DNA of 46,044 bases, taken from contig JAIXRE010000097.1 of NCBI GenBank assembly GCA_027485375.1, forward strand, positions 1 to 46,044, read 5' to 3'. The position numbers were made by a program, and so were the translations under genes. The notes beneath the pieces were generated by a model that saw only the letters and a list, made by a program, of their open reading frames with translations, was not told the DNA's origin and ran no database searches. The stretch's first letter is position 1, and the number at the start of each line of letters is the position of its first letter. Origin of the DNA: Rickettsiaceae bacterium. Lineage in GTDB: Bacteria > Pseudomonadota > Alphaproteobacteria > Rickettsiales > Rickettsiaceae. This document shows positions 1 through 11,050 of this stretch, piece by piece.

Positions 1-13
1 ATATTTTTTAAAA

Positions 14-550
14 TTATCCTTCAGTAACCTGATCTTTTAACTGCTTTGTCAATAACTGATTGACTTTCTTGTCCCTACGATCAGCGATAAGTTTAGGTGA
101 CGATAATTTTTGCAAAGCATCAAAAGTAGCCGCAATCATCGAATAAACGTTACTAGAGCCTAATGACTTTGCAACGATATCGTGCACTCCTAAAGAGTCA
201 AAAATAGCACGCATAGGTCCACCTGCAATAACACCAGTACCAGGCTTAGCTCTTCTCAAAATTACTTTTGCAGCACCACTTCTACCAATGACATCATGGT
301 GGATTGTTCTGTTTTGATACAGAGCAACTTTTAACATACGTTTTTTTGCTTCTTGAGTAGCTTTAGCCCTTGCTTCAGTAACTTCTTTAGCTTTACCATG
401 ACCATAGCCAACCTTGCCAGCTTTGTCACCAGTTACTACGCACGCTGAAAAAGAAAACTTTCTACCACCAGTAACTACTTTCGTAACCCGACTAACATCA
501 ACTAAGGTCTCAGTTAATGCTTCGTTTGTATTTTTTTTATCTTTAGCCAT
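14..550 (-). CDS. rpsE: 30S ribosomal protein S5
   Basis: Translation ([16 protein letters not shown]..., [13 protein letters not shown]) is a typical S5. It sits after L18 in spc operon order. Confidence 0.97.
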   Translation of the reverse strand: MAKDKKNTNEALTETLVDVSRVTKVVTGGRKFSFSACVVTGDKAGKVGYGHGKAKEVTEARAKATQEAKKRMLKVALYQNRTIHHDVIGRSGAAKVILRRAKPGTGVIAGGPMRAIFDSLGVHDIVAKSLGSSNVYSMIAATFDALQKLSSPKLIADRRDKKVNQLLTKQLKDQVTEG

Positions 551-567
551 TATTTACAATACCTAGA

Positions 568-924
568 TTAAAATTCTAAACTTTTTCTTGCAGCATCAGC
601 AAGAGCTTTAACCACACCGTGATATTTGTAACCACCTTTGTCAAATACAACCTTAGTCACTCCTATTTTGACAGCTTTATCAGCTAAAAGTGATCCAAGT
701 TTCGCTGCAGCCGCTACATTACAGTTAGACTTTTTTAACGCTCTAATATCTTTATCTAATGTAGAGACAGATGCAATTGTTACCGAATTTTCGTCGTCAA
801 TCATTTGAGCATATATGTGTCTACTAGATTTAAAGACAGATAAACGGATTCTATCAGAAACCCTTGATATTTTTGCCCTTATTCTATTTTTTCTTATTTT
901 AAATCTACACTTAGGAGTACGCAT
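568..924 (-). CDS. rplR: 50S ribosomal protein L18
   Basis: Basic N-terminus RKNRIRAKI, RLSVFKSSRHIYAQ and a GGYKYHG-type C-terminus. It lies between L6 and S5. Confidence 0.96.
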   Translation of the reverse strand: MRTPKCRFKIRKNRIRAKISRVSDRIRLSVFKSSRHIYAQMIDDENSVTIASVSTLDKDIRALKKSNCNVAAAAKLGSLLADKAVKIGVTKVVFDKGGYKYHGVVKALADAARKSLEF

Positions 925-938
925 TTCTAGCTCTTAAT

Positions 939-1472
939 TTAGTTTTTCTTGCCTTCTTTTCTTTGGACATATTGCCCTTGACGCTTAATACCTTTACCTT
1001 TATAAGGCTCTGGTGGTCTTTGCTTTACAATAACGGCAACGAACTGTCCTAATTTTTCTTTATCCGCACTATGTAAAGTTATAGCATTTTGTTTTGGTGC
1101 TGTTACTGTAATATTTTGCGGTATTTCAATTTTGGTATTATGACTTTTACCAAGAGTAAGGTTTAAATACCCAGACTTCACAGCAGCCCTATATCCAACA
1201 CCATTAACTTCTAACTCTTGAGTAAATCCCTCTTGAACACCCTTGACCATGCCATTGATAATGCTTCTCGCAGTACCCCACATTGATCTGGCTTCCTTAC
1301 TTTTACTTAAAGGCTGAACAACAACTTGATTATCTTGCAAGTTAATTGAAATAGCCCCAGCAAAAGTTTTTGACAAAGAACCTTTAGGTCCTTCAACCTT
1401 AACACTCAAACCATCCACTTGCATTTTAACTGTTTCAGGAATGTTTATAGGTAATTTTCCAACACGTGACAT
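939..1472 (-). CDS. rplF: 50S ribosomal protein L6
   Basis: The MSRVGKLPI... start is the canonical L6 N-terminus, and the operon position fits. Confidence 0.97.
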   Translation of the reverse strand: MSRVGKLPINIPETVKMQVDGLSVKVEGPKGSLSKTFAGAISINLQDNQVVVQPLSKSKEARSMWGTARSIINGMVKGVQEGFTQELEVNGVGYRAAVKSGYLNLTLGKSHNTKIEIPQNITVTAPKQNAITLHSADKEKLGQFVAVIVKQRPPEPYKGKGIKRQGQYVQRKEGKKN

Positions 1473-1481
1473 CTATTTATC

Positions 1482-1883
1482 CTAAAATACTTTACAAATT
1501 ACTTCACCACCACAACCAAGCTTGTGAGCTTCTCTATCCGACATAACACCCCTAGAAGTGGATAAAATATAAATACCCATATTATTATAATAGCCCTTCA
1601 GGGTGCTAATGGAAGAGTAAATCCTCTTGCCTGGCTTAGAAACTTTATGTATCTCGCATATCGCAGCTTTACCGCTAGAAGAGTACTTTAACCCAACATT
1701 TATTTCAGAGATGTTAGATTTAAGCTCGGTTACTTGATAATCTTTTATATACCCTTCACCTTTTAATACGTCTAAAACCGCACATTTCATTTTTGAATAA
1801 GGAAGCGATACAGTAATCAACTTACTTTTTTGACCATTCCTAATTCTAGTTAGCATATCTGCTATTGTATCTGTCATTGACAT
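1482..1883 (-). CDS. rpsH: 30S ribosomal protein S8
   Basis: Contains the [14 protein letters not shown] motif typical of S8. Confidence 0.97.
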   Translation of the reverse strand: MSMTDTIADMLTRIRNGQKSKLITVSLPYSKMKCAVLDVLKGEGYIKDYQVTELKSNISEINVGLKYSSSGKAAICEIHKVSKPGKRIYSSISTLKGYYNNMGIYILSTSRGVMSDREAHKLGCGGEVICKVF

Positions 1884-1900
1884 AAAATAAACCTAATAAT

Positions 1901-2206
1901 TTACCAACTCGCCTTTATTAAACCAGGGATTACACCCTTGCCACTTAAGTCTCTTAACATATTCCTTGATAACCCAAACTTTCTATACACACCCCTTGGT
2001 CTACCAGTTAGCTCACACCTATTTCTAATGCGGTTACGCGCTGAATTCCTAGGTAATTTTGCTAAAGCCATTACAAGATTAAATCTTTCGTCTAGAGGCA
2101 GATCTTTATCGTAAATCTTAGCTTTTAGCGCTGCTCTCTTATTGTTCAAACTACTTGCTAATTTTTTTCTTCTATTATTTTTTTGAATTGAACTTACTTT
2201 AGCCAT
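1901..2206 (-). CDS. rpsN: 30S ribosomal protein S14 (long form, 101 aa)
   Basis: Ends in ...[25 protein letters not shown]...SW and lies between L5 and S8. Confidence 0.96.
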   Translation of the reverse strand: MAKVSSIQKNNRRKKLASSLNNKRAALKAKIYDKDLPLDERFNLVMALAKLPRNSARNRIRNRCELTGRPRGVYRKFGLSRNMLRDLSGKGVIPGLIKASW

Positions 2207-2223
2207 TATATTCTCTAAAAAAA

Positions 2224-2766
2224 TTAATTATAAAAAGGCAAATTGAATCCAGAAAGCAATAACTTCGCTTCAGCATCTGTTTTAGCACTTGTTACAAATG
2301 TTATATCCATACCACGTAGCACGTCTATTTTATCGTAATTAATCTCTGGAAAAACTATTTGCTCCTTAATACCAAATGTAAAGTTACCTCTACCGTCAAA
2401 GCTTTTACTAGAAAGCCCTTTAAATTCCTTAACACGAGGAAGAGCGACAATAACTAGCCTTTCAATAAAGTCGTACATTCTATCTTTACGCAAAGTAACT
2501 TTACAACCAATCTTCATATCTTCACGTAACTTAAATGTCGCAATTGACTTCTTAGCGCTCGTAACAACTGGCTTCTGTCCAGAGATCAAAGTTAAATCAT
2601 TAACGGCATTATTGATAACTTTTGAATCTAGAACAGACTCACCAACACCCATGTTTATAACTATCTTCTCTAACCTAGGAATTTCATGCATGTTTGTATA
2701 CGCGAACTCCTTTTGCAATTCTTGTTTAATCTTTTGCAGATATAATTCTTTAAATCTTAGTAGCAT
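2224..2766 (-). CDS. rplE: 50S ribosomal protein L5
   Basis: Contains [15 protein letters not shown] and ...[13 protein letters not shown], as L5 proteins do. Confidence 0.97.
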   Translation of the reverse strand: MLLRFKELYLQKIKQELQKEFAYTNMHEIPRLEKIVINMGVGESVLDSKVINNAVNDLTLISGQKPVVTSAKKSIATFKLREDMKIGCKVTLRKDRMYDFIERLVIVALPRVKEFKGLSSKSFDGRGNFTFGIKEQIVFPEINYDKIDVLRGMDITFVTSAKTDAEAKLLLSGFNLPFYN

Positions 2767-3092
2767 TATTTAGCCTCACCTATGATTTCTCCAGATTTTT
2801 TTGCAAACCTGACTTTTAAACCATTTTCTAAAATTTTATAACCAACCTTTGTTGCTTCACCTGTTTTCGGGTCAAGATGCGCGATATTGGATATGTTTAT
2901 TGGCAGCTCTTTCTGGATGATACCACCTTCGCTATCTTTACTAGCTTTTGTATGTTTTTTTACTACATTTACACCAGAAACAACAGCTTTATTTTCACTT
3001 GGAAAAACCTTTAAAATCTTTCCTTTTTGCCCCTTATTTTTACCAGTAACGACGATTACTTCGTCTCCCGTTTTTACCTTTAACTTGACCAT
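2766..3092 (-). CDS. rplX: 50S ribosomal protein L24
   Basis: Contains [27 protein letters not shown] trimmed the start to the internal ATG because the ORF-track start at 3122 would overlap rplN by 29 nt. Confidence 0.93.
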   Translation of the reverse strand: MVKLKVKTGDEVIVVTGKNKGQKGKILKVFPSENKAVVSGVNVVKKHTKASKDSEGGIIQKELPINISNIAHLDPKTGEATKVGYKILENGLKVRFAKKSGEIIGEAK

Positions 3093-3093
3093 T

Positions 3094-3462
3094 TTAGAGC
3101 ACCTCTTCAGCAAGCGAAACAATTTTAACGAATTTTTTAGTTCTTAACTCTCTAGTAACTGGACCAAAAACTCTAGTACCAATAGGCTCACCTTGCTTGT
3201 TTAGTAGAACCACAGCATTAGAGTCAAATTTTATAGTACTACCATCTTGCCTTCGCACGCCAGTTCTTGTTCTAACTATTAAAGCTCTGTGAACATCACC
3301 TTTTTTTACTTTGCTGTTAGGAATAGCTTCTCTTATCGAAACAACTATAACATCACCAAGTCCAGCAATCATATGATGCGATCCACCCAACACCTTGATA
3401 CACATCACTTTTTTCGCACCAGAGTTATCTGCAACATTTAAGATGCTTTGCATCTGAATCAT
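3094..3462 (-). CDS. rplN: 50S ribosomal protein L14
   Basis: The [18 protein letters not shown] start is canonical for L14. Confidence 0.97.
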   Translation of the reverse strand: MIQMQSILNVADNSGAKKVMCIKVLGGSHHMIAGLGDVIVVSIREAIPNSKVKKGDVHRALIVRTRTGVRRQDGSTIKFDSNAVVLLNKQGEPIGTRVFGPVTRELRTKKFVKIVSLAEEVL

Positions 3463-3502
3463 AACTTTACTTCCACTTAAATCAGAGAATTAATAACGCA
3501 CT

Positions 3503-3531
3503 AAAATATACAATATAAACTAAAAAGTCAA
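3503..3531 (-). promoter_or_regulatory. Candidate sigma-70 promoter for the spc block (TTGACT-N17-TATTTT on the minus strand)
   Basis: The minus strand reads TTGACTttttagtttatattgtaTATTTT in the 72-nt rpsQ-rplN gap, which is the classical S10/spc operon boundary. This is a pattern match only. Confidence 0.35.
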
Positions 3532-3534
3532 AGG

Positions 3535-3765
3535 TTAATTATCTAAAACTACCCAACTCTTTGTTTTAGATATAGGCTTACTTTCTTCAATCTTTACGCT
3601 ATCGCCTTCTTTATAACTATTTTGAGGATCATGCGCTGCATATTTTTTAGAAACCCTTACTATTTTTTTGTATACAGGATGCATAAACCTACGTTCTACC
3701 TTTACAGTAACAGTTTTGTCTGTTTTTGCGCTTACCACAACACCTTGCAATACTCTTTTTGGCAT
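3535..3765 (-). CDS. rpsQ: 30S ribosomal protein S17
   Basis: Starts [27 protein letters not shown]. Confidence 0.96.
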   Translation of the reverse strand: MPKRVLQGVVVSAKTDKTVTVKVERRFMHPVYKKIVRVSKKYAAHDPQNSYKEGDSVKIEESKPISKTKSWVVLDN

Positions 3766-3769
3766 ATGT

Positions 3770-3982
3770 TTAAACTCCTATCTTTGATCTTTTTGTTAGC
3801 TCAGTTTTAACACGAGCAATGTTTTTCTTAACCAAAGAAAATCTGCTAGTATTTTTTAACTCACCAAGCACGGTTTGAAACCTTAGATTAAAAAGCTCTT
3901 TTTTAAGAAACACTAGCTTTTCATGCAGTTGTTCTATAGTTTGGCTTGATAAATCTTTTATCACAAGTTCTGATTTACTCAT
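3770..3982 (-). CDS. rpmC: 50S ribosomal protein L29
   Basis: 70-aa helical protein containing LRFQ...GELKNTSR, located between L16 and S17. Confidence 0.93.
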   Translation of the reverse strand: MSKSELVIKDLSSQTIEQLHEKLVFLKKELFNLRFQTVLGELKNTSRFSLVKKNIARVKTELTKRSKIGV

Positions 3983-4385
3983 ATCTTTTTACTATCTTTG
4001 TTCTTACAGGTAATTTTGCACTAGCAAGCTCTAAGGCCTGCATAGCAATATTTTCATCCACGCCTTCTACTTCAAACATAATCCTACCAGGAGAGACCCT
4101 AACAGCAAAGAATTCTGGAGACCCTTTACCTTTACCCATCCTAACCTCAGCAGGCTTTTTTGATACAGGTAAATCTGGAAATATCTTAATCCATAATTTA
4201 CCTTGACGTTTCATGCAACGCACCGCCGCTCTTCTTGCAGCTTCAATTTGCCTAGCAGTTACTCTTAAACCATCCAATGATTTCAAACCAAAAGAACCAA
4301 ACGCTAGCATTGTGCCGGCTTTTGCTTTTGGAGCTACTCTACCTTTGTGAGCTTTTCTAAATTTTTGCTTTTTAGGAGCTAACAT
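3975..4385 (-). CDS. rplP: 50S ribosomal protein L16
   Basis: Starts [16 protein letters not shown], the canonical L16 N-terminus. Confidence 0.97.
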   Translation of the reverse strand: MLAPKKQKFRKAHKGRVAPKAKAGTMLAFGSFGLKSLDGLRVTARQIEAARRAAVRCMKRQGKLWIKIFPDLPVSKKPAEVRMGKGKGSPEFFAVRVSPGRIMFEVEGVDENIAMQALELASAKLPVRTKIVKRYE

Positions 4386-4399
4386 GACTCAATCTCGAT

Positions 4400-5053
4400 T
4401 TAGTTATATTTTTTCTTAACTTCGGTGACATCACCTTTATACACCCAAACTTTTACGCCTATTACGCCATAAGTTGTATGAGCTTCTGCAAGGGCATATT
4501 CAATGTCAGCCCTTAAAGTATGTAAAGGCACTCTTCCTTCCCTATACCATTCTGTCCTAGCAATTTCAGCGCCACCAAGTCTACCTGAGCAACTAACCTT
4601 GATACCAAGACCACCTTGCTTGAAACAAGCCTGAATTGCTGTTTTCATAGCTTTCCTAAATGACACACGCTTTTCAAGTTGCGCGACTATAGTTTGTCCA
4701 ATGATAGCAGCATCAATGTTTGGCTTCTTAACTTCGTGTATATTGATATATATTTCGCCACTAGAAATTTTTTGGATATCCTTTTTCAATTTCTCTATAT
4801 CAGTGCCGCTCTTACCTATTATTACACCAGGCTTTCTAGCATGAATATTTATTACCACACTCTTATTAGAAGGTCTCTCAATCAATACTCTACTAACCTG
4901 AGACTGAGCATAATCTTTGTTAATTAAAGCTCTGATCTTAAAATCTTCAATCAAAAATTTACTATAGTCTTTTTCAGCATACAATATCGAATCCCAATCC
5001 TTAATTAATGTAGGACCAACTCTAAAACTGTGTGGATTAACCTTTTGCCCCAT
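4400..5053 (-). CDS. rpsC: 30S ribosomal protein S3
   Basis: Starts [13 protein letters not shown] and contains a KH-domain segment [11 protein letters not shown]. Confidence 0.97.
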   Translation of the reverse strand: MGQKVNPHSFRVGPTLIKDWDSILYAEKDYSKFLIEDFKIRALINKDYAQSQVSRVLIERPSNKSVVINIHARKPGVIIGKSGTDIEKLKKDIQKISSGEIYINIHEVKKPNIDAAIIGQTIVAQLEKRVSFRKAMKTAIQACFKQGGLGIKVSCSGRLGGAEIARTEWYREGRVPLHTLRADIEYALAEAHTTYGVIGVKVWVYKGDVTEVKKKYN

Positions 5054-5058
5054 TGTTA

Positions 5059-5418
5059 TTACCTTTTTTCTCCTTCGGTGACTGTAATATATAGATTGCT
5101 AAAAAACTTATTGATTGCCGCAGCCCTTCCTCTTGCTCTAGGCATCACTCTTTTCATCACAAGCGCTTTACCTACTGTAGCAGAAGTAACAAAAAGCGCA
5201 TCAATGTCTAAAGCAAAATTATTTTCAGCATTTGCAACAGCAGACTGCAAACATTTTTTTACATCTTGAGCAATCCTTCTATGAGAAAACTGAAGTTGAA
5301 CTAAAGCATCAGCAACTTTCATATTTCTAATAGAAGCAGCAACTAGATTTAACTTTCTTGGACTAACCCTTAGCGATTTCGCAACAGCATTAGCTGAATT
5401 TTTACTTGTTTGTGCCAT
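5059..5418 (-). CDS. rplV: 50S ribosomal protein L22
   Basis: Contains [12 protein letters not shown]...IRNMKV..A and follows S19 in operon order. Confidence 0.96.
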   Translation of the reverse strand: MAQTSKNSANAVAKSLRVSPRKLNLVAASIRNMKVADALVQLQFSHRRIAQDVKKCLQSAVANAENNFALDIDALFVTSATVGKALVMKRVMPRARGRAAAINKFFSNLYITVTEGEKR

Positions 5419-5420
5419 AC

Positions 5421-5699
5421 TTATTTTCTCTTCACTTTTTTGTCTGCGCCATGACCATGATAAGTTCTAGTAGGCGAAAATTCACCTAGTTTCCTACCTA
5501 CCATCTCTTCTGTAACTGCAACAGGTATAAATTTATTTCCGTTATGCACAGCAAAGGTATATCCTACAAAAAATGGTATAATTGTAGATCTTCTAGACCA
5601 AGTCTTAATCATTTCTGACTTACCAGAATCTATAAGTTTTTTAACCTTTTTTATTAAATACCCATCAACAAATGGTCCTTTCCAAACTGAACGCGCCAT
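5421..5699 (-). CDS. rpsS: 30S ribosomal protein S19
   Basis: Contains [12 protein letters not shown]...[10 protein letters not shown]...GHKLGEF-like motifs. Confidence 0.97.
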   Translation of the reverse strand: MARSVWKGPFVDGYLIKKVKKLIDSGKSEMIKTWSRRSTIIPFFVGYTFAVHNGNKFIPVAVTEEMVGRKLGEFSPTRTYHGHGADKKVKRK

Positions 5700-5714
5700 A
5701 ATTATTTACCTAAA

Positions 5715-6542
5715 CTATTTTCTTCTCTTAACAATAAATTTCGCCGTACGCTTATTTTTACGAGTTTTCTTACCCTTAGTTGGGAAACCCCAAGGCGTAA
5801 CAGGATGGCGACCACCAGAAGTTTTACCTTCACCACCACCATGTGGATGATCTACAGGGTTCATCGCAACTCCTCTTACTACCGGTCTGCGCCCTAACCA
5901 TCTACTTCTACCAGCTTTACCTAAGTTAGTATTCTTTTGGTCTGGATTAGATACCACGCCTATAGTAGCATAACACTCAAGCGGCACAAGTCTTAATTCA
6001 CCAGATCTTAATTTGATCTGCGCATAACCAGCATCCTTACCAACTAGATCAACAGAACTACCAGCAGATCTAGCTATTTGACCACCTTTACCAGCTTTCA
6101 TTTCAACATTATGAACTGTAGTTCCAACAGGAATATTTTTCAAAGGTAAGCAATTACCGATTTTAATATCCGTATCAGTAGAGTTGCTAGCAATAATTTT
6201 ATCACCTACCTTAAGCTTTTGAGGAGCAAGTATATAAGAATGTTGTCCATTATCAAACTTTAACAACGCTATAAAAGCAGTTCTGTTTGGATCATACTCA
6301 ATTCTTTCCACAGTAGCCGGTACATCTTGCATAGACCTCTTGAAATCAATTATACGATATAATTTCTTGTGTCCACCACCTCTATGCCAAATAGTAATTC
6401 TACCTAGGTTATTTCTACCACCAGTGCTAATCAAGCCTTTTGTTAAAGGTTTAAAAGGTCTTCCTTTCCAAAGATCAGATCTGTCAACTTGGATTAATTC
6501 TCTAAGTGACGGGGTAACTGGATTAAATTTTTTAAGTGCCAT
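5715..6542 (-). CDS. rplB: 50S ribosomal protein L2
   Basis: Contains [19 protein letters not shown] and [13 protein letters not shown]. Confidence 0.98.
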   Translation of the reverse strand: MALKKFNPVTPSLRELIQVDRSDLWKGRPFKPLTKGLISTGGRNNLGRITIWHRGGGHKKLYRIIDFKRSMQDVPATVERIEYDPNRTAFIALLKFDNGQHSYILAPQKLKVGDKIIASNSTDTDIKIGNCLPLKNIPVGTTVHNVEMKAGKGGQIARSAGSSVDLVGKDAGYAQIKLRSGELRLVPLECYATIGVVSNPDQKNTNLGKAGRSRWLGRRPVVRGVAMNPVDHPHGGGEGKTSGGRHPVTPWGFPTKGKKTRKNKRTAKFIVKRRK

Positions 6543-6838
6543 TATTTAACTCCCCCTGCAAAATCTATACTATAACCTTGTTCTAATGTTACAATCGCTT
6601 TTTTCACATCTGATTGTTTGCCAACCCTACCTTTAAAACGCTTTACCTTGCCTTTAATGTTCAGAACATTAACTTTCTTGACTTTAACATCAAAGATTTT
6701 TTCAATAGCAGCTTTTATAAAAGGCTTTTCAGCATCACGAGCTACCTCAAAGGTAAACTTATTAGCCTCACCTAAGATTGTTGTTTTTTCCGTAATAATT
6801 GGTCTTTTTATAAGGTCGTAATGTTTGTAATCTTTCAT
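6542..6838 (-). CDS. rplW: 50S ribosomal protein L23
   Basis: 98-aa protein containing IKRPIITEK..., located between L4 and L2. Confidence 0.95.
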   Translation of the reverse strand: MKDYKHYDLIKRPIITEKTTILGEANKFTFEVARDAEKPFIKAAIEKIFDVKVKKVNVLNIKGKVKRFKGRVGKQSDVKKAIVTLEQGYSIDFAGGVK

Positions 6839-7455
6839 ACTAGCCTCTCTTCTAAAGCTTCTACTGCTTGTTTAGATAACAAAACATAGTCATACTTTAT
6901 GATATCATATACATTAGCACCTATTTGCGGTACAGCCACAGCATTAAAGATATTCTGTACAGCTAAAGAAAAATTATTCTCAACTTGGTTGCCGTCTATT
7001 ATAAAAAAGCTTTTACCGTTAAAAGCACCTAACTTTTCAGCTAACACCGAAGTTTTAGGCTCGCTTATGTTTAAAGAATCAACGATAAATAACTTACCTT
7101 CAGCTAATTTAGCCGACAAAGCATGCTTTAAACCTAATTTTCTTACTTTCTTAGGTAATTTAGTAGCATGGCTTCTTGTTACCGGACCATGAGAAACTCC
7201 ACCGCCTCTCATATGAACTGATCTTAAAGAACCTTGACGAGCATTACCAGTGCCTTTTTGTTTAAAAGGCTTCTTAGTTGTACCAGACACTTCAGAAATC
7301 GTCTTAGTCTGATGCGTACCAGTCATAGCTTTAGCTCTTTGCCAATCAACAACAAGCTTAATAATATCAGCTCTCGGCTCTAAATAAAAAATATCTTCAT
7401 TCAGCGCCATTTCGCCAACAACTTGATTTTCAAGATTTAGTATTTTGGCTTTCAT
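6835..7455 (-). CDS. rplD: 50S ribosomal protein L4
   Basis: Contains [32 protein letters not shown]. Confidence 0.97.
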   Translation of the reverse strand: MKAKILNLENQVVGEMALNEDIFYLEPRADIIKLVVDWQRAKAMTGTHQTKTISEVSGTTKKPFKQKGTGNARQGSLRSVHMRGGGVSHGPVTRSHATKLPKKVRKLGLKHALSAKLAEGKLFIVDSLNISEPKTSVLAEKLGAFNGKSFFIIDGNQVENNFSLAVQNIFNAVAVPQIGANVYDIIKYDYVLLSKQAVEALEERLV

Positions 7456-7476
7456 AATTTATATACCCTTACCTAT

Positions 7477-8124
7477 CTATACCGCTGCTGTAGTTTTTTT
7501 AACGGCATCCTTAATATAGACGTACGAACCTTTTGAACCAGGAACGTTACCACTAACCATTATAAGTCCTTGCTCTTTATCTACAGCGACAACTTGCAAA
7601 TTCTGGATAGTAACTTTTTCACTACCTAAATGTCCAGCCATTTTCTTATTTTTAAATACTCTACCTGGATCTTGACGTCCACCAGTAGAACCATGAGAAC
7701 GGTGAGATACAGACACACCATGAGAAGCTTCGAGCCCCCTAAAATTATGTCTCTTCATACCACCAGCAAAACCTTTACCAATACTAGTGCCAGTTACATC
7801 AACAAACTGACCAGCTGTAAAATGTTCAGTAGTTACAACTGCACCAATATCTATAAATTGATCAGAAGAAATTCTAAACTCTTTTAGTTTAACCTTAGGC
7901 TCAACCTTAGCATTAACGAATACTTGCTTCATAGGCTTAGTTACTCTTGATGCCTTAGCATTTTTAATACCTAAAACTAAAGCTGCGTATCCATCTTTCT
8001 GCTCAGTCTTATGACCCACTACTTGGCAATCCTCAACCTTAAGGAATGTTAAAGTGTATCGCTCGCCTTTTTCAGTAAACATTGAACTCATACCGACTTT
8101 CTCGGCTATTAAACCAGTTCTCAT
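7477..8124 (-). CDS. rplC: 50S ribosomal protein L3
   Basis: The [12 protein letters not shown] start matches the usual L3 N-terminus. The ORF-track GTG at 8133 would overlap the end of rpsJ, so I used the ATG at 8124. Confidence 0.95.
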   Translation of the reverse strand: MRTGLIAEKVGMSSMFTEKGERYTLTFLKVEDCQVVGHKTEQKDGYAALVLGIKNAKASRVTKPMKQVFVNAKVEPKVKLKEFRISSDQFIDIGAVVTTEHFTAGQFVDVTGTSIGKGFAGGMKRHNFRGLEASHGVSVSHRSHGSTGGRQDPGRVFKNKKMAGHLGSEKVTIQNLQVVAVDKEQGLIMVSGNVPGSKGSYVYIKDAVKKTTAAV

Positions 8125-8125
8125 C

Positions 8126-8443
8126 TTAAGCACTCACTAATTTAATTTCGACATCAATACCAGCAGGCAAATCTACCTTCTTTAGAGCCTCAACAGTTTG
8201 AGGAGTAGGATAGCTTATAATTATAAGCCTTTTCTGAGTCCTAATCTCAAATTGCTCTCTTGATTTTTTATTTACGTGCGGCGACCTGTTAACGGTAAAC
8301 CTTTCGATTGTTCTCGGAAGAGGAATAGGACCACTTATATCAGCACCAGTCCTTTTTACAGCACCAACGATTTCTTTCGTAGCCTGCTCAAGCGAACGAT
8401 GATCAAATGATTTAAGGCGAATTTTAATTTTTTGATTGTTCAT
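8126..8443 (-). CDS. rpsJ: 30S ribosomal protein S10
   Basis: Contains [20 protein letters not shown]...[26 protein letters not shown]. Confidence 0.97.
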   Translation of the reverse strand: MNNQKIKIRLKSFDHRSLEQATKEIVGAVKRTGADISGPIPLPRTIERFTVNRSPHVNKKSREQFEIRTQKRLIIISYPTPQTVEALKKVDLPAGIDVEIKLVSA

Positions 8444-8522
8444 TAATTAAACCTATATTTTAAACAGCTAACCTTGTAGCAACTTTTAGTCTTGTCACCA
8501 CCACGTCAGTTTAGTCATAATT

Positions 8523-8572
8523 ATTACCCTAAATCTTATATTGCTATATGACAATAAGCAATTTAGGGTAAT
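8523..8572 (-). other. Long imperfect hairpin between tuf and rpsJ (possible attenuator, processing site or weak terminator)
   Basis: The arms attaccctaaat (8523-8534) and atttagggtaat (8561-8572) pair, extended by cttat(at)tg/caataag. That gives about 19-21 bp starting 9 nt after the tuf stop. No clear U-tract follows it. Confidence 0.35.
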
Positions 8573-8580
8573 TTATAATA

Positions 8581-9765
8581 TTACTTCAGAATTTTTGATA
8601 CTACACCAGCACCAACAGTTCTACCACCTTCACGGATAGCAAAACGCAATCCTTCATCCATAGCAACAGGAGCAATCAATTTAACCACTAGGTTTGCATT
8701 ATCCCCTGGCATAATCATCTCTTTACCATCTTTCAATTGTACTTCACCAGTAACGTCTGTTGTTCTGAAGTAAAATTGTGGACGATAGTTATCAAAGAAA
8801 GGAGTATGACGTCCACCTTCTTTTTGAGTCAAAACGTATACTTCAGCTTCAAATTCTGTATGAGGAGTAATACTACCTGGTTTAGCCAAAACTTGACCTC
8901 TGCACACATCTTCTCTTTTTGTACCACGAAGTAGAATACCAACGTTATCACCAGCTTCACCTTGATCCAGTAATTTTTTAAACATTTCAACGCCAGTACA
9001 AGTTGTTTTTTGAGTGTCTCTAATACCAACGATCTCAACTTCCTCACCAACTTTAACCAAGCCTTTTTCAATTCTACCAGTAACTACAGTACCTCTTCCA
9101 GAAATGGAAAATACATCTTCAACTGGCATCAAGAAAGGACGAGCAACATCTCTTTCAGGTTGAGGGATATATTCATCAACAGCTTTCATAAGAGCTTTAA
9201 TCGCTTCTTCACCTTCAGCTTCACCATTTAAAGCTTTTAACGCAGAACCTCTAATTACCGGCACTTCATCACCAGGGAATTTGTACATGCTTAGAAGCTC
9301 TCTTACTTCCATCTCAACAAGATCAAGTAGTTCTGGATCATCAACCATATCAACTTTGTTCAAAAACACTACGATAGAAGGCACACCAACTTGTCTAGCT
9401 AACAGAATATGCTCTCTAGTTTGTGGCATTGGACCATCAGCAGCAGATACTACAAGAATAGCACCATCCATTTGAGCAGCACCAGTGATCATGTTTTTTA
9501 CATAGTCAGCGTGACCTGGGCAATCAACGTGCGCATAGTGCCTTGCTTTTGTTCTATATTCTACGTGCGCTGTAGAAATGGTAATACCCCTTTCTCTCTC
9601 TTCTGGCGCAGCATCAATTTCATCATACTTTGTTGCAGTAGCGCCACCTTCCTTAGATAAAACTAAAGTTATAGCAGCTGTCAAAGAAGTTTTACCATGA
9701 TCAACGTGACCTATAGTACCTATATTACAGTGCGGCAACGATCTATCAAATTTTTCCTTTCCCAT
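8581..9765 (-). CDS. tuf: Elongation factor Tu
   Basis: 394 aa with [16 protein letters not shown] and NKVD GTPase motifs and full-length EF-Tu character. Confidence 0.99.
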   Translation of the reverse strand: MGKEKFDRSLPHCNIGTIGHVDHGKTSLTAAITLVLSKEGGATATKYDEIDAAPEERERGITISTAHVEYRTKARHYAHVDCPGHADYVKNMITGAAQMDGAILVVSAADGPMPQTREHILLARQVGVPSIVVFLNKVDMVDDPELLDLVEMEVRELLSMYKFPGDEVPVIRGSALKALNGEAEGEEAIKALMKAVDEYIPQPERDVARPFLMPVEDVFSISGRGTVVTGRIEKGLVKVGEEVEIVGIRDTQKTTCTGVEMFKKLLDQGEAGDNVGILLRGTKREDVCRGQVLAKPGSITPHTEFEAEVYVLTQKEGGRHTPFFDNYRPQFYFRTTDVTGEVQLKDGKEMIMPGDNANLVVKLIAPVAMDEGLRFAIREGGRTVGAGVVSKILK

Positions 9766-9846
9766 TATTTTTCTCCGTAAAATTTAAGGTTTAATTAAAC
9801 AATTTATTCAATCCTAAAAAACTCGCAACAAGTCTTACATTTAACT

Positions 9847-9922
<76 letters not shown>

Positions 9923-9955
9923 ATTTTTCTCCGCCAAAACTAAGGCAGTCAAATT

Positions 9956-10041
9956 TGGTGGAGGGAGAAGGATTTGAACCTTCGAACGCATACGCGGGCA
10001 GATTTACAGTCTGCTGCCATTGACCACTCGGCCACCCCTCC
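9956..10041 (-). tRNA. tRNA-Tyr (anticodon GUA), long variable arm
   Basis: The reverse complement GGAGGGGTGGCCGAGTGGTC...CAGACTGTAAATCTG...GGTTCAAATCCTTCTCCCTCCACCA has anticodon loop CTGTAAA. It is 86 nt with a class II variable arm. Confidence 0.9.
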
Positions 10042-10257
10042 TTAGGGTTACGCAGTAAAATAGACTAATTTGATACGAAGCGCAACATATTTATAAGCAA
10101 AGTATCAATAATTTCTGAGGTCTTGCAATTTTTAATCTCGTTTAGGAAGCAGTTAGCTACCAAAACATAATCTTTTGTAATCTTCAAAATGTCTAGTTGT
10201 AAGTTTCTATAATAAATAGTAATTTATGTCAAGAACAAATTACACGGATAAATCAAT

Positions 10258-11001
10258 ATGCAGCATAAAAATTCAAAAAAATCTTCAAGCGATTCCTATT
10301 ATATGTATGGTAAGCATGCGGTATTTGCAGCGATGCAAAACCCCAATCGCTATGTGGAAAAGCTTTTATGTACTCAGGAAATACTAAGTGGTAACCATAA
10401 ATTTTTAAATCAACATAAGCCGGAAGTAGCTACTTCAGAACAGCTAACTAAATTAGCAGGCGCAAATAACCCCCATCAAGGAATTGTCGCTAAAGTAAAA
10501 ACAATTTTTAGCAACGATATTCACGATATAGACTTTAGCAAGGCTAATTGCCGCATTGCAATTCTTGACCAAGTAACAGATACGCAAAATATAGGCGCCA
10601 TAATTCGCAGCGCTGCCGCCTTTGGAATTGAAGCTATAATTCTTCCTCAAGATAATTCTCCAAATGAAAATGCAACCATAGCAAAAGCAGCGTCTGGCAA
10701 CCTAGAAATGGTCAAAATTATCAAGGTAATCAACCTTAAAAGCACTATGGAACTGCTAAAAAAGAAAGGTTTCTGGATTATAGGCTTTGATGGCGAATCT
10801 AAAGAAATTTTAAATAAAAACTTACTTGCAAATAAAGTTGCTATTGTTCTTGGCTCTGAGGAAAAAGGTATGAGAAGACTAACCGCAGAGACTTGCGATC
10901 ATCTAGTTAAGATTCCTATGGTGAGCACAGTAGAAAGCCTGAATGTCTCTAACGCTGCAGCAATTGCTTTTTACCTAACTTACGCTAACACTCTTGTTTA
11001 A
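10258..11001 (+). CDS. rlmB: SpoU/TrmH-family rRNA 2'-O-methyltransferase (RlmB-like)
   Basis: Starts with YGKHAVFAAMQNP, has NIGAIIRSAAAFG, and ends in the knot motifs LGSEEKGMR and ESLNVSNAAAI. Confidence 0.85.
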   Translation: MQHKNSKKSSSDSYYMYGKHAVFAAMQNPNRYVEKLLCTQEILSGNHKFLNQHKPEVATSEQLTKLAGANNPHQGIVAKVKTIFSNDIHDIDFSKANCRIAILDQVTDTQNIGAIIRSAAAFGIEAIILPQDNSPNENATIAKAASGNLEMVKIIKVINLKSTMELLKKKGFWIIGFDGESKEILNKNLLANKVAIVLGSEEKGMRRLTAETCDHLVKIPMVSTVESLNVSNAAAIAFYLTYANTLV

Positions 11002-11007
11002 AACTTA

Positions 11008-11049
11008 GGGGTGTTAGGATAATTATTACTTATCCTAACACCTTTTTTA
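11008..11049. terminator. Bidirectional rho-independent terminator between convergent rlmB and the kinase gene
   Basis: Stem ggtgttaggataa / ttatcctaacacc with a short AT loop, followed by tttttt on the plus strand. It fills the 49-nt convergent gap. Confidence 0.7.
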
Positions 11050-11050
11050 T

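Noticed and set aside
2887-9660. Numerous 60-115-aa plus-strand ORFs inside the ribosomal-protein and tuf genes, for example 2887-3147, 3622-3810, 3946-4206, 4679-4927, 6899-7192, 7630-7887 and 9010-9660. The out-of-frame minus-strand ORF 8829-9071 inside tuf belongs to the same group.
   Set aside because: All lie antisense or out of frame within strongly conserved genes. Their translations are low-complexity and Phe/Ser/Ile-rich, as expected from AT-rich antisense sequence. None has an SD or any recognisable motif.
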